Source: the human T2T-CHM13v2.0 reference genome, Homo sapiens. From it: a stretch of DNA of 64,000 bases. Numbering within the stretch: position 1 is the first letter of the stretch; the number at the start of each line of letters is the position of its first letter. Of the stretch, positions 1 to 12,300 are shown in pieces. The DNA lies in the NCBI RefSeq assembly GCF_009914755.1, contig NC_060939.1. The stretch is one strand, 5' to 3'. The translations under genes and the position numbers were made by a program. Under the pieces are notes generated by a model. It ran no database searches and was not told where the DNA came from. It was given only the letters and a program-made list of their open reading frames with translations.

Positions 1-1483
1 GAATCCATTCCATTCCAGTCCATTCCATTCGATTCCATTCCATTCATTTCAATTCCATTCCATTCCATTCCATTACATTCCACTTGATTCCTCTCCATTC
101 CCTTCCACTGCATTCCGTTCGATTCCATTCCATTGCATTGCATTCCATTCCATTGGATTGCATTCCATTCGATTCCATTCCATTCGAATCAATTACATAG
201 CAATCCATTACATTCGAGTCTATTCTATTCCGTTCCATTCGATTTCGTTCCAATCCATTCGATTCCATTCCATTCGATTCCATTCCATACTATTGCATTC
301 CATTCGATTACATTATATTCGAATAAGTTCCATTCAAGACCATTTCTTTTGAGTCCATTCTATTTGAGTCCATTCCCTTTGATTCCATAACATTTGAGTC
401 CATTCAATTCCATTCCTTTCGTTTCCATTCCATTTGATGCCATTCCATTCAATTCTGTTCTACTCGACTCCAATACATTCAATTCCATTCCATCCGATTC
501 CATTACATTCTTTTCATTTCTTATCCATTTCAAGCCATTCCACTCCATTCCATTCCACTCGTTTCCTTTCCATTCGAGTCCATTCCTCTCCAGTCCATTC
601 CATTCAATCCATTCCATTTCAGTCCATTCCATTCGAGTCCGTTCCATTCCAGTCCATTCCATTCGAGTCAATTCCATTCCATTCGATGTCTTTCCATAAC
701 GATCCATTCCATTCTATTCCTTTCGATTCCATTCCATTCTATTTCATTCCATTCGATTCCCTTCCATTGGACTCCTTTCCATTCGAGTGCATTCCATTCC
801 GTTCCATTTCTTTCCGTTCTGTACGATTCCTACCGTTCGATTTCATTTTGTTCCAGTCCATTCCTTTCGCGTCCATTCCATTCCATTTCACTCCATTCGA
901 TTCCATTCCACTCGATTCCACTTCGTTCCATTTCATTGCATTCCATTCTATTCAACTCTATTGCCTTCCATTCCATTCCATTCGATTACATTCCATGCGA
1001 TTCCATTCGAAATCGAATCAATTACATTGCAATCCATTACTATTGAGTCCGTTTTATTCCAGTCCACTGCATTCTGGTCCATTCCATTTGATTCCATTCC
1101 ATTCTATTCCATTCCATACAGTTGCATTCCATTGGATTCCATGCTATATCTATAAATTCAATTCGAGACCATTGCTTTTGAGTCCATTCTATATGATTCC
1201 ATTCCATTCAAATCCATTACTTTTGGTTCAATTCCATTCCATTCCATTCCCTTCCATTCCATTCCATTTGATATCAATCCATTCGATTCCATTCCATTCG
1301 AGCACATTCCATTCGAGACCATTCCATTCGATGCCATTCCATTTGATTCTATTCCATTAGTCTCCATTCAATTCCATTAATCTCCATTCCATTCCATTCT
1401 ACTCCAACTGATTCCATTCCATTCTATTCCTTTCCATTCCATTTCATTCCATTCCATTCCATTTCATTCCATTCCATTCCATT

Positions 1484-1550
1484 CGTGTCCATTCCACTCC
1501 AGTCCATTCCATTCGTGTCCATTCCATTCCAGTCCATTCCATTTGTGTCC
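1484..1550 (+). repeat. Internal 30-bp direct sub-repeat present in each unit
   Basis: CGTGTCCATTCCACTCCAGTCCATTCCATT (1484), CGTGTCCATTCCATTCCAGTCCATTCCATT (1514), then TGTGTCC (1544). Confidence 0.9.
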
Positions 1551-1759
1551 ACTGCATTCCATTCCACTCCATTCCATATTATTCCATTACACTCCATTCC
1601 ATTCTATCACTTTCATTTCCATTCAATTCCATTCCATTTGATTCCATTCCACTCGGTTTCATTCCATTTGAGTCCACTCCATTCCATTCCATTGCATTCC
1701 ATTCAGTTCCATTCCATTCTGTTCCATTCCATTCCGTTCCATTACATTCCATTCCATTC

Positions 1760-3553
1760 GGTACCATTCCTTATTGTTCCATTCGATTCCATTCGAATCC
1801 ATTCCATTCCAGTCCATTCCATTCGATTCCATTCCATTCATTTCAATTCCATTCCATTCCATTCCATTACATTCCACTTGATTCCTCTCCATTCCCTTCC
1901 ACTGCATTCCGTTCGATTCCATTCCATTGCATTGCATTCCATTCCATTGGATTGCATTCCATTCGATTCCATTCCATTCGAATCAATTACATAGCAATCC
2001 ATTGCATTCGAGTCTATTCTCTTCCGTTCCATTCGATTTCGTTCCAATCCATTCGATTCCATTCCATTCGATTCCATTCCATGCTATTGCATTCCATTCT
2101 ATTACATTATATTCGAATAAGTTCCATTCAAGACCATTTCTTTTGAGTCCATTCTATTTGAGTCCATTCCCTTTGATTCCATAACATTTGAGTCCATTCA
2201 ATTCCATTCCTTTCGTTTCCATTCCATTTGGTGCCATTCCATTCAATTCTGTTCTACTCGACTCCAATACATTCAATTCCATTCCATCCGATTCCATTAC
2301 ATTCTTTTCATTTCTTATCCATTTCAAGCCATTCCACTCCATTCCATTCCACTCGTTTCCTTTCCATTCGAGTCCATTCCTCTCCAGTCCATTCCGTTCA
2401 ATCCATTCCATTCCAGTCCATTCCATTCGAGTCCGTTCCATTCCAGTCCATTCCATTCGAGTCAATTCCATCCCATTCGATGTCTTTCCATAACGATCCA
2501 TTCCATTCTATTCCTTTCGATTCCATTCCATTCTATTTCATTCCATTCGATTCCCTTCCATTGGACTCCTTTCCATTCGAGTGCATTCCATTCCGTTCCA
2601 TTTCTTTCCGTTCTGTACGATTCCTACCGTTCGATTTCATTTTGTTCCAGTCCATTCCTTTCGCGTCCATTCCATTCCATTTCACTCCATTCGATTCCAT
2701 TCCACTCGATTCCACTTCGTTCCATTTCATTGCATTCCATTCTATTCAACTCTATTGCCTTCCATTCCATTCCATTCGATTACATTCCATGCGATTCCAT
2801 TCGAAATCGAATCAATTACATTGCAATCCATTACTATTGAGTCCGTTTTATTCCAGTCCACTGCATTCTGGTCCATTCCATTTGATTCCATTCCATTCTA
2901 TTCCATTCCATACAGTTGCATTCCATTGGATTCCATGCTATATCTATAAATTCAATTCGAGACCATTGCTTTTGAGTCCATTCTATATGATTCCATTCCA
3001 TTCAAATCCATTACATTTGGTTCAATTCCATTCCATTCCATTCCCTTCCATTCCATTCCATTTGATATCAATCCATTCGATTCCATTCCATTCGAGCACA
3101 TTCCATTCGAGTCCATTCCATTCGATGCCATTCCATTTGATTCTATTCCATTAGTCTCCATTCAATTCCATTAATCTCCATTCCATTCCATTCTATTCCA
3201 ACTGATTCCATTCCACTCTATTCCTTTCCATTCCATTTCATTCCATTCCATTCCATTTCATTCCATTCCATTCCATTCGTGTCCATTCCACTCCAGTCCA
3301 TTCCATTCGTGTCCATTCCATTCCAGTCCATTCCATTTGTGTCCACTGCATTCCATTCCACTCCATTCCATATTATTCCATTACACTCCATTCCATTCTA
3401 TTACTTTCATTTCCATTCAATTCCATTCCATTTGATTCCATTCCACTCGGTTTCATTCCATTTGAGTCCACTCCATTCCATTCCATTCCATTCCATTCAG
3501 TTCCATTCCATTCTGTTCCATTCCATTCCGTTCCATTACATTCCATTCCATTC
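1760..3553 (+). repeat. Representative 1,794-bp repeat unit (KpnI-to-KpnI); about 35.7 tandem copies in the window
   Basis: GGTACC at 1760 and 3554. The same pseudo-ORF recurs at 434, 2228, 4022, 5816, 7610 and onward (period 1794). Landmarks occur once per unit, e.g. GCTATATCTATAAATTC (1143), GATATC (1270), CTGTACGATTCCTACCG (~819). Confidence 0.97.
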
Positions 3554-6500
3554 GGTACCATTCCATATTGTTCCATTCGATTCCATTCGAATCCATTCCA
3601 TTCCAGTCCATTCCATTCGATTCCATTCCATTCATTTCAATTCCATTCCATTCCATTCCATTACATTCCACTTGATTCCTCTCCATTCCCTTCCACTGCA
3701 TTCCGTTCGATTCCATTCCATTGCATTGCATTCCATTCCATTGGATTGCATTCCATTCGATTCCATTCCATTCGAATCAATTACATAGCAATCCATTACA
3801 TTCGAGTCTATTCTCTTCCGTTCCATTCGATTTCGTTCCAATCCATTCGATTCCATTCCATTCGATTCCATTCCATACTATTGCATTCCATTCGATTACA
3901 TTATATTCGAATAAGTTCCATTCAAGACCATTTCTTTTGAGTCCATTCTATTTGAGTCCATTCCCTTTGATTCCATAACATTTGAGTCCATTCAATTCCA
4001 TTCCTTTCGTTTCCATTCCATTTGATGCCATTCCATTCAATTCTGTTCTACTCGACTCCAATACATTCAATTCCATTCCATCCGATTCCATTACATTCTT
4101 TTCATTTCTTATCCATTTCAAGCCATTCCACTCCATTCCATTCCACTCGTTTCCTTTCCATTCGAGTCCATTCCTCTCCAGTCCATTCCGTTCAATCCAT
4201 TCCATTCCAGTCCATTCCATTCGAGTCCGTTCCATTCCAGTCCATTCCATTCGAGTCAATTCCATTCCATTCGATGTCTTTCCATAACGATCCATTCCAT
4301 TCTATTCCTTTCGATTCCATTCCATTCTATTTCATTCCATTCGATTCCCTTCCATTGGACTCCTTTCCATTCGAGTGCATTCCATTCCGTTCCATTTCTT
4401 TCCGTTCTGTACGATTCCTACCGTTCGATTTCATTTTGTTCCAGTCCATTCCTTTCGCGTCCATTCCATTCCATTTCACTCCATTCGATTCCATTCCACT
4501 CGATTCCACTTCGTTCCATTTCATTGCATTCCATTCTATTCAACTCTATTGCCTTCCATTCCATTCCATTCGATTACATTCCATGCGATTCCATTCGAAA
4601 TCGAATCAATTACATTGCAATCCATTACTATTGAGTCCGTTTTATTCCAGTCCACTGCATTCTGGTCCATTCCATTTGATTCCATTCCATTCTATTCCAT
4701 TCCATACAGTTGCATTCCATTGGATTCCATGCTATATCTATAAATTCAATTCGAGACCATTGCTTTTGAGTCCATTCTATATGATTCCATTCCATTCAAA
4801 TCCATTACATTTGGTTCAATTCCATTCCATTCCATTCCCTTCCATTCCATTCCATTTGATATCAATCCATTCGATTCCATTCCATTCGAGCACATTCCAT
4901 TCGAGTCCATTCCATTCGATGCCATTCCATTTGATTCTATTCCATTAGTCTCCATTCAATTCCATTAATCTCCATTCCATTCCATTCTACTCCAACGGAT
5001 TCCATTCCATTCTAATCCTTTCCATTCCATTTCATTCCATTCCATTCCATTTCATTCCATTCCATTCCATTCGTGTCCATTCCACTCCAGTCCATTCCAT
5101 TCGTGTCCATTCCATTCCAGTCCATTCCATTTGTGTCCACTGCATTCCATTCCACTCCATTCCATATTATTCCTTTACACTCCATTCCATTCTATCACTT
5201 TCATTTCCATTCAATTCCATTCCATTTGATTCCATTCCACTCGGTTTCATTCCATTTGAGTCCACTCCATTCCATTCCATTGCATTCCATTCAGTTCCAT
5301 TCCATTCTGTTCCATTCCATTCCGTTCCATTACATTCCATTCCATTCGGTACCATTCCATATTGTTCCATTCGATTCCATTCGAATCCATTCCATTCCAG
5401 TCCATTCCATTCGATTCCATTCCATTCATTTCAATTACATTCCATTCTATTCCATTACATTCCACTTGATTCCTCTCCATTCCCTTCCACTGCATTCCGT
5501 TCGATTCCATTCCATTGCATTGCATTCCATTCCATTGGATTGCATTCCATTCGATTCCATTCCATTCGAATCAATTACATAGCAATCCATTACATTCGAG
5601 TCTATTCTCTTCCGTTCCATTCGATTTCGTTCCAATCCATTGGATTCCATTCCATTCGATTCCATTCCATACTATTGCATTCCATTCGATTACATTATAT
5701 TCGAATAAGTTCCATTCAAGACCATTTCTTTTGAGTCCATTCTATTTGAGTCCATTCCCTTTGATTCCATAACATTTGAGTCCATTCAATTCCATTCCTT
5801 TCGTTTCCATTCCATTTGATGCCATTCCATTCAATTCTGTTCTACTCGACTCCAATACACTCAATTCCATTCCATCCGATTCCATTACATTCTTTTCATT
5901 TCTTATCCATTTCAAGCCATTCCACTCCATTCCATTCCACTCGTTTCCTTTCCATTCGAGTCCATTCCTCTCCAGTCCATTCCGTTCAATCCATTCCATT
6001 CCAGTCCATTCCATTCGAGTCCGTTCCATTCCAGTCCATTCCATTCGAGTCAATTCCATCCCATTCGATGTCTTTCCATAACGATCCATTCCATTCTATT
6101 CCTTTCGATTCCATTCCATTCTATTTCATTCCATTCGATTCCCTTCCATTGGACTCCTTTCCATTCGAGTGCATTCCATTCCGTTCCATTTCTTTCCGTT
6201 CTGTACGATTCCTACCGTTCGATTTCATTTTGTTCCAGTCCATTCCTTTCGCGTCCATTCCATTCCATTTCACTCCATTCGATTCCATTCCACTCGATTC
6301 CACTTCGTTCCATTTCATTGCATTCCATTCTATTCAACTCTATTGCCTTCCATTCCATTCCATTCGATTACATTCCATGCGATTCCATTCGAAATCGAAT
6401 CAATTACATTGCAATCCATTACTATTGAGTCCGTTTTATTCCAGTCCACTGCATTCTGGTCCATTCCATTTGATTCCATTCCATTCTATTCCATTCCATA

Positions 6501-7609
6501 CAGTTGCATTCCATTGGATTCCATGCTATATCTATAAATTCAATTCGAGACCATTGCTTTTGAGTCCATTCTATATGATTCCATTCCATTCAAATCCATT
6601 ACATTTGGTTCAATTCCATTCCATTCCATTCCCTTCCATTCCATTCCATTTGATATCAATCCATTCGATTCCATTCCATTCGAGCACATTCCATTCGAGT
6701 CCATTCCATTCGATGCCATTCCATTTGATTCTATTCCATTAGTCTCCATTCAATTCCATTAATCTCCATTCCATTCCATTCTATTCCAACTGATTCCATT
6801 CCACTCTATTCCTTTCCATTCCATTTCATTCCATTCCATTCCATTTCATTCCATTCCATTCCATTCGTGTCCATTCCACTCCAGTCCATTCCATTCGTGT
6901 CCATTCCATTCCAGTCCATTCCATTTGTGTCCACTGCATTCCATTCCACTCCATTCCATATTATTCCATTACACTCCATTCCATTCTATTACTTTCATTT
7001 CCATTCAATTCCATTCCATTTGATTCCATTCCACTCGGTTTCATTCCATTTGAGTCCACTCCATTCCATTCCATTCCATTCCATTCAGTTCCATTCCATT
7101 CTGTTCCATTCCATTCCGTTCCATTACATTCCATTCCATTCGGTACCATTCCATATTGTTCCATTCGATTCCATTCGAATCCATTCCATTCCAGTCCATT
7201 CCATTCGATTCCATTCCATTCATTTCAATTCCATTCCATTCCATTCCATTACATTCCACTTGATTCCTCTCCATTCCCTTCCACTGCATTCCGTTCGATT
7301 CCATTCCATTGCATTGCATTCCATTCCATTGGATTGCATTCCATTCGATTCCATTCCATTCGAATCAATTACATAGCAATCCATTACATTCGAGTCTATT
7401 CTATTCCGTTCCATTCGATTTCGTTCCAATCCATTCGATTCCATTCCATTCGATTCCATTCCATACTATTGCATTCCATTCGATTACATTATATTCGAAT
7501 AAGTTCCATTCAAGACCATTTCTTTTGAGTCCATTCTATTTGAGTCCATTCCCTTTGATTCCATAACATTTGAGTCCATTCAATTCCATTCCTTTCGTTT
7601 CCATTCCAT

Positions 7610-9388
7610 TTGATGCCATTCCATTCAATTCTGTTCTACTCGACTCCAATACATTCAATTCCATTCCATCCGATTCCATTACATTCTTTTCATTTCTTAT
7701 CCATTTCAAGCCATTCCACTCCATTCCATTCCACTCGTTTCCTTTCCATTCGAGTCCATTCCTCTCCAGTCCATTCCGTTCAATCCATTCCATTCCAGTC
7801 CATTCCATTCGAGTCCGTTCCATTCCAGTCCATTCCATTCGAGTCAATTCCATTCCATTCGATGTCTTTCCATAACGATCCATTCCATTCTATTCCTTTC
7901 GATTCCATTCCATTCTATTTCATTCCATTCGATTCCCTTCCATTGGACTCCTTTCCATTCGAGTGCATTCCATTCCGTTCCATTTCTTTCCGTTCTGTAC
8001 GATTCCTACCGTTCGATTTCATTTTGTTCCAGTCCATTCCTTTCGCGTCCATTCCATTCCATTTCACTCCATTCGATTCCATTCCACTCGATTCCACTTC
8101 GTTCCATTTCATTGCATTCCATTCTATTCAACTCTATTGCCTTCCATTCCATTCCATTCGATTACATTCCATGCGATTCCATTCGAAATCGAATCAATTA
8201 CATTGCAATCCATTACTATTGAGTCCGTTTTATTCCAGTCCACTGCATTCTGGTCCATTCCATTTGATTCCATTCCATTCTATTCCATTCCATACAGTTG
8301 CATTCCATTGGATTCCATGCTATATCTATAAATTCAATTCGAGACCATTGCTTTTGAGTCCATTCTATATGATTCCATTCCATTCAAATCCATTACATTT
8401 GGTTCAATTCCATTCCATTCCATTCCCTTCCATTCCATTCCATTTGATATCAATCCATTCGATTCCATTCCATTCGAGCACATTCCATTCGAGTCCATTC
8501 CATTCGATGCCATTCCATTTGATTCTATTCCATTAGTCTCCATTCAATTCCATTAATCTCCATTCCATTCCATTCTACTCCAACGGATTCCATTCCATTC
8601 TAATCCTTTCCATTCCATTTCATTCCATTCCATTCCATTTCATTCCATTCCATTCCATTCGTGTCCATTCCACTCCAGTCCATTCCATTCCAGTCCATTC
8701 CATTTGTGTCCACTGCATTCCATTCCACTCCATTCCATATTATTCCTTTACACTCCATTCCATTCTATCACTTTCATTTCCATTCAATTCCATTCCATTT
8801 GATTCCATTCCACTCGGTTTCATTCCATTTGAGTCCACTCCATTCCATTCCATTGCATTCCATTCAGTTCCATTCCATTCTGTTCCATTCCATTCCGTTC
8901 CATTACATTCCATTCCATTCGGTACCATTCCATATTGTTCCATTCGATTCCATTCGAATCCATTCCATTCCAGTCCATTCCATTCGATTCCATTCCATTC
9001 ATTTCAATTCCATTCCATTCCATTCCATTACATTCCACTTGATTCCTCTCCATTCCCTTCCACTGCATTCCGTTCGATTCCATTCCATTGCATTGCATTC
9101 CATTCCATTGGATTGCATTCCATTCGATTCCATTCCATTCGAATCAATTACATAGCAATCCATTACATTCGAGTCTATTCTCTTCCGTTCCATTCGATTT
9201 CGTTCCAATCCATTGGATTCCATTCCATTCGATTCCATTCCATACTATTGCATTCCATTCGATTACATTATATTCGAATAAGTTCCATTCAAGACCATTT
9301 CTTTTGAGTCCATTCTATTTGAGTCCATTCCCTTTGATTCCATAACATTTGAGTCCATTCAATTCCATTCCTTTCGTTTCCATTCCAT
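7610..9388 (+). repeat. 1,779-bp variant unit (15-bp deletion)
   Basis: Landmark spacing 7610 to 9389 is 1779. The second CGTGTCC module is missing near 8680-8695, and the pseudo-ORF at 8661 is 164 aa rather than 169 aa. Confidence 0.93.
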
Positions 9389-12300
9389 TTGATGCCATTC
9401 CATTCAATTCTGTTCTACTCGACTCCAATACACTCAATTCCATTCCATCCGATTCCATTACATTCTTTTCATTTCTTATCCATTTCAAGCCATTCCACTC
9501 CATTCCATTCCACTCGTTTCCTTTCCATTCGAGTCCATTCCTCTCCAGTCCATTCCGTTCAATCCATTCCATTCCAGTCCATTCCATTCGAGTCCGTTCC
9601 ATTCCAGTCCATTCCATTCGAGTCAATTCCATCCCATTCGATGTCTTTCCATAACGATCCATTCCATTCTATTCCTTTCGATTCCATTCCATTCTATTTC
9701 ATTCCATTCGATTCCCTTCCATTGGACTCCTCTCCATTCGAGTGCATTCCATTCCTTTCCATTTCTTTCCGTTCTGTACGATTCCTACCGTTCGATTTCA
9801 TTTTGTTCCAGTCCATTCCTTTCGCGTCCATTCCATTCCATTTCACTCCATTCGATTCCATTCCACTCGATTCCACTTCGTTCCATTTCATTGCATTCCA
9901 TTCTATTCAACTCTATTGCCTTCCATTCCATTCCATTCGATTACATTCCATGCGATTCCATTCGAAATCGAATCAATTACATTGCAATCCATTACTATTG
10001 AGTCCGTTTTATTCCAGTCCACTGCATTCTGGTCCATTCCATTTGATTCCATTCCATTCTATTCCATTCCATACAGTTGCATTCCATTGGATTCCATGCT
10101 ATATCTATAAATTCAATTCGAGACCATTGCTTTTGAGTCCATTCTATATGATTCCATTCCATTCAAGTCCATTACATTTGGTTCAATTCCATTCCATTCC
10201 ATTCCCTTCCATTCCATTCCATTTGATATCAATCCATTCGATTCCATTCCATTCGAGCACATTCCATTCGAGTCCATTCCATTCGATGCCATTCCATTTG
10301 ATTCTATTCCATTAGTCTCCATTCAATTCCATTAATCTCCATTCCATTCCATTCTACTCCAACTGATTCCATTCCATTCTATTCCTTTCCATTCCATTTC
10401 ATTCCATTCCATTCCATTTCATTCCATTCCATTCCATTCGTGTCCATTCCACTCCAGTCCATTCCATTCGTGTCCATTCCATTCCAGTCCATTCCATTTG
10501 TGTCCACTGCATTCCATTCCACTCCATTCCATATTATTCCATTACACTCCATTCCATTCTATCACTTTCATTTCCATTCAATTCCATTCCATTTGATTCC
10601 ATTCCACTCGGTTTCATTCCATTTGAGTCCACTCCATTCCATTCCATTGCATTCCATTCAGTTCCATTCCATTCTGTTCCATTCCATTCCGTTCCATTAC
10701 ATTCCATTCCATTCGGTACCATTCCATATTGTTCCATTCGATTCCATTCGAATCCATTCCATTCCAGTCCATTCCATTCGATTCCATTCCATTCATTTCA
10801 ATTCCATTCCATTCCATTCCATTACATTCCACTTGATTCCTCTCCATTCCCTTCCACTGCATTCCGTTCGATTCCATTCCATTGCATTGCATTCCATTCC
10901 ATTGGATTGCATTCCATTCGATTCCATTCCATTCGAATCAATTACATAGCAATCCATTACATTCGAGTCTATTCTATTCCGTTCCATTCGATTTCGTTCC
11001 AATCCATTCGATTCCATTCCATTCGATTCCATTCCATACTATTGCATTCCATTCGATTACATTATATTCGAATAAGTTCCATTCAAGACCATTTCTTTTG
11101 AGTCCATTCTATTTGAGTCCATTCCCTTTGATTCCATAACATTTGAGTCCATTCAATTCCATTCCTTTCGTTTCCATTCCATTTGATGCCATTCCATTCA
11201 ATTCTGTTCTACTCGACTCCAATACACTCAATTCCATTCCATCCGATTCCATTACATTCTTTTCATTTCTTATCCATTTCAAGCCATTCCACTCCATTCC
11301 ATTCCACTCGTTTCCTTTCCATTCGAGTCCATTCCTCTCCAGTCCATTCCGTTCAATCCATTCCATTCCAGTCCATTCCATTCGAGTCCGTTCCATTCCA
11401 GTCCATTCCATTCGAGTCAATTCCATTCCATTCGATGTCTTTCCATAACGATCCATTCCATTCTATTCCTTTCGATTCCATTCCATTCTATTTCATTCCA
11501 TTCGATTCCCTTCCATTGGACTCCTTTCCATTCGAGTGCATTCCATTCCTTTCCATTTCTTTCCGTTCTGTACGATTCCTACCATTCGATTTCATTTTGT
11601 TCCAGTCCATTCCTTTCGCGTCCATTCCATTCCATTTCACTCCATTCGATTCCATTCCACTCGATTCCACTTCGTTCCATTTCATTGCATTCCATTCTAT
11701 TCAACTCTATTGCCTTCCATTCCATTCCATTCGATTACATTCCATGCGATTCCATTCGAAATCGAATCAATTACATTGCAATCCATTACTATTGAGTCCG
11801 TTTTATTCCAGTCCACTGCATTCTGGTCCATTCCATTTGATTCCATTCCATTCTATTCCATTCCATACAGTTGCATTCCATTGGATTCCATGCTATATCT
11901 ATAAATTCAATTCGAGACCATTGCTTTTGAGTCCATTCTATATGATTCCATTCCATTCAAGTCCATTACATTTGGTTCAATTCCATTCCATTCCATTCCC
12001 TTCCATTCCATTCCATTTGATATCAATCCATTCGATTCCATTCCATTCGAGCACATTCCATTCGAGTCCATTCCATTCGATGCCATTCCATTTGATTCTA
12101 TTCCATTAGTCTCCATTCAATTCCATTAATCTCCATTCCATTCCATTCTACTCCAACTGATTCCATTCCATTCTATTCCTTTCCATTCCATTTCATTCCA
12201 TTCCATTCCATTTCATTCCATTCCATTCCATTCGTGTCCATTCCACTCCAGTCCATTCCATTCGTGTCCATTCCATTCCAGTCCATTCCATTTGTGTCCA

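Noticed and set aside
360-707. Minus-strand MEWNG-repeat ORFs
   Set aside because: Direct translation of (GAATG)n, a well-known spurious satellite product.
1005-1030. Possible canonical heat-shock element or DUX4 site at TTCGAAATCGAATCAATTAC
   Set aside because: The spacing does not fit nGAAnnTTCnnGAAn, and neither strand matches TAAYYYAATCA.
434-1360. 308-aa ORF repeated in every unit (and the other + strand HSIPF-rich ORFs)
   Set aside because: (CATTC)n translates to HSIPF repeats without stops. The starts are mostly TTG/GTG, there is no domain or splice structure, and it recurs only because the unit recurs.
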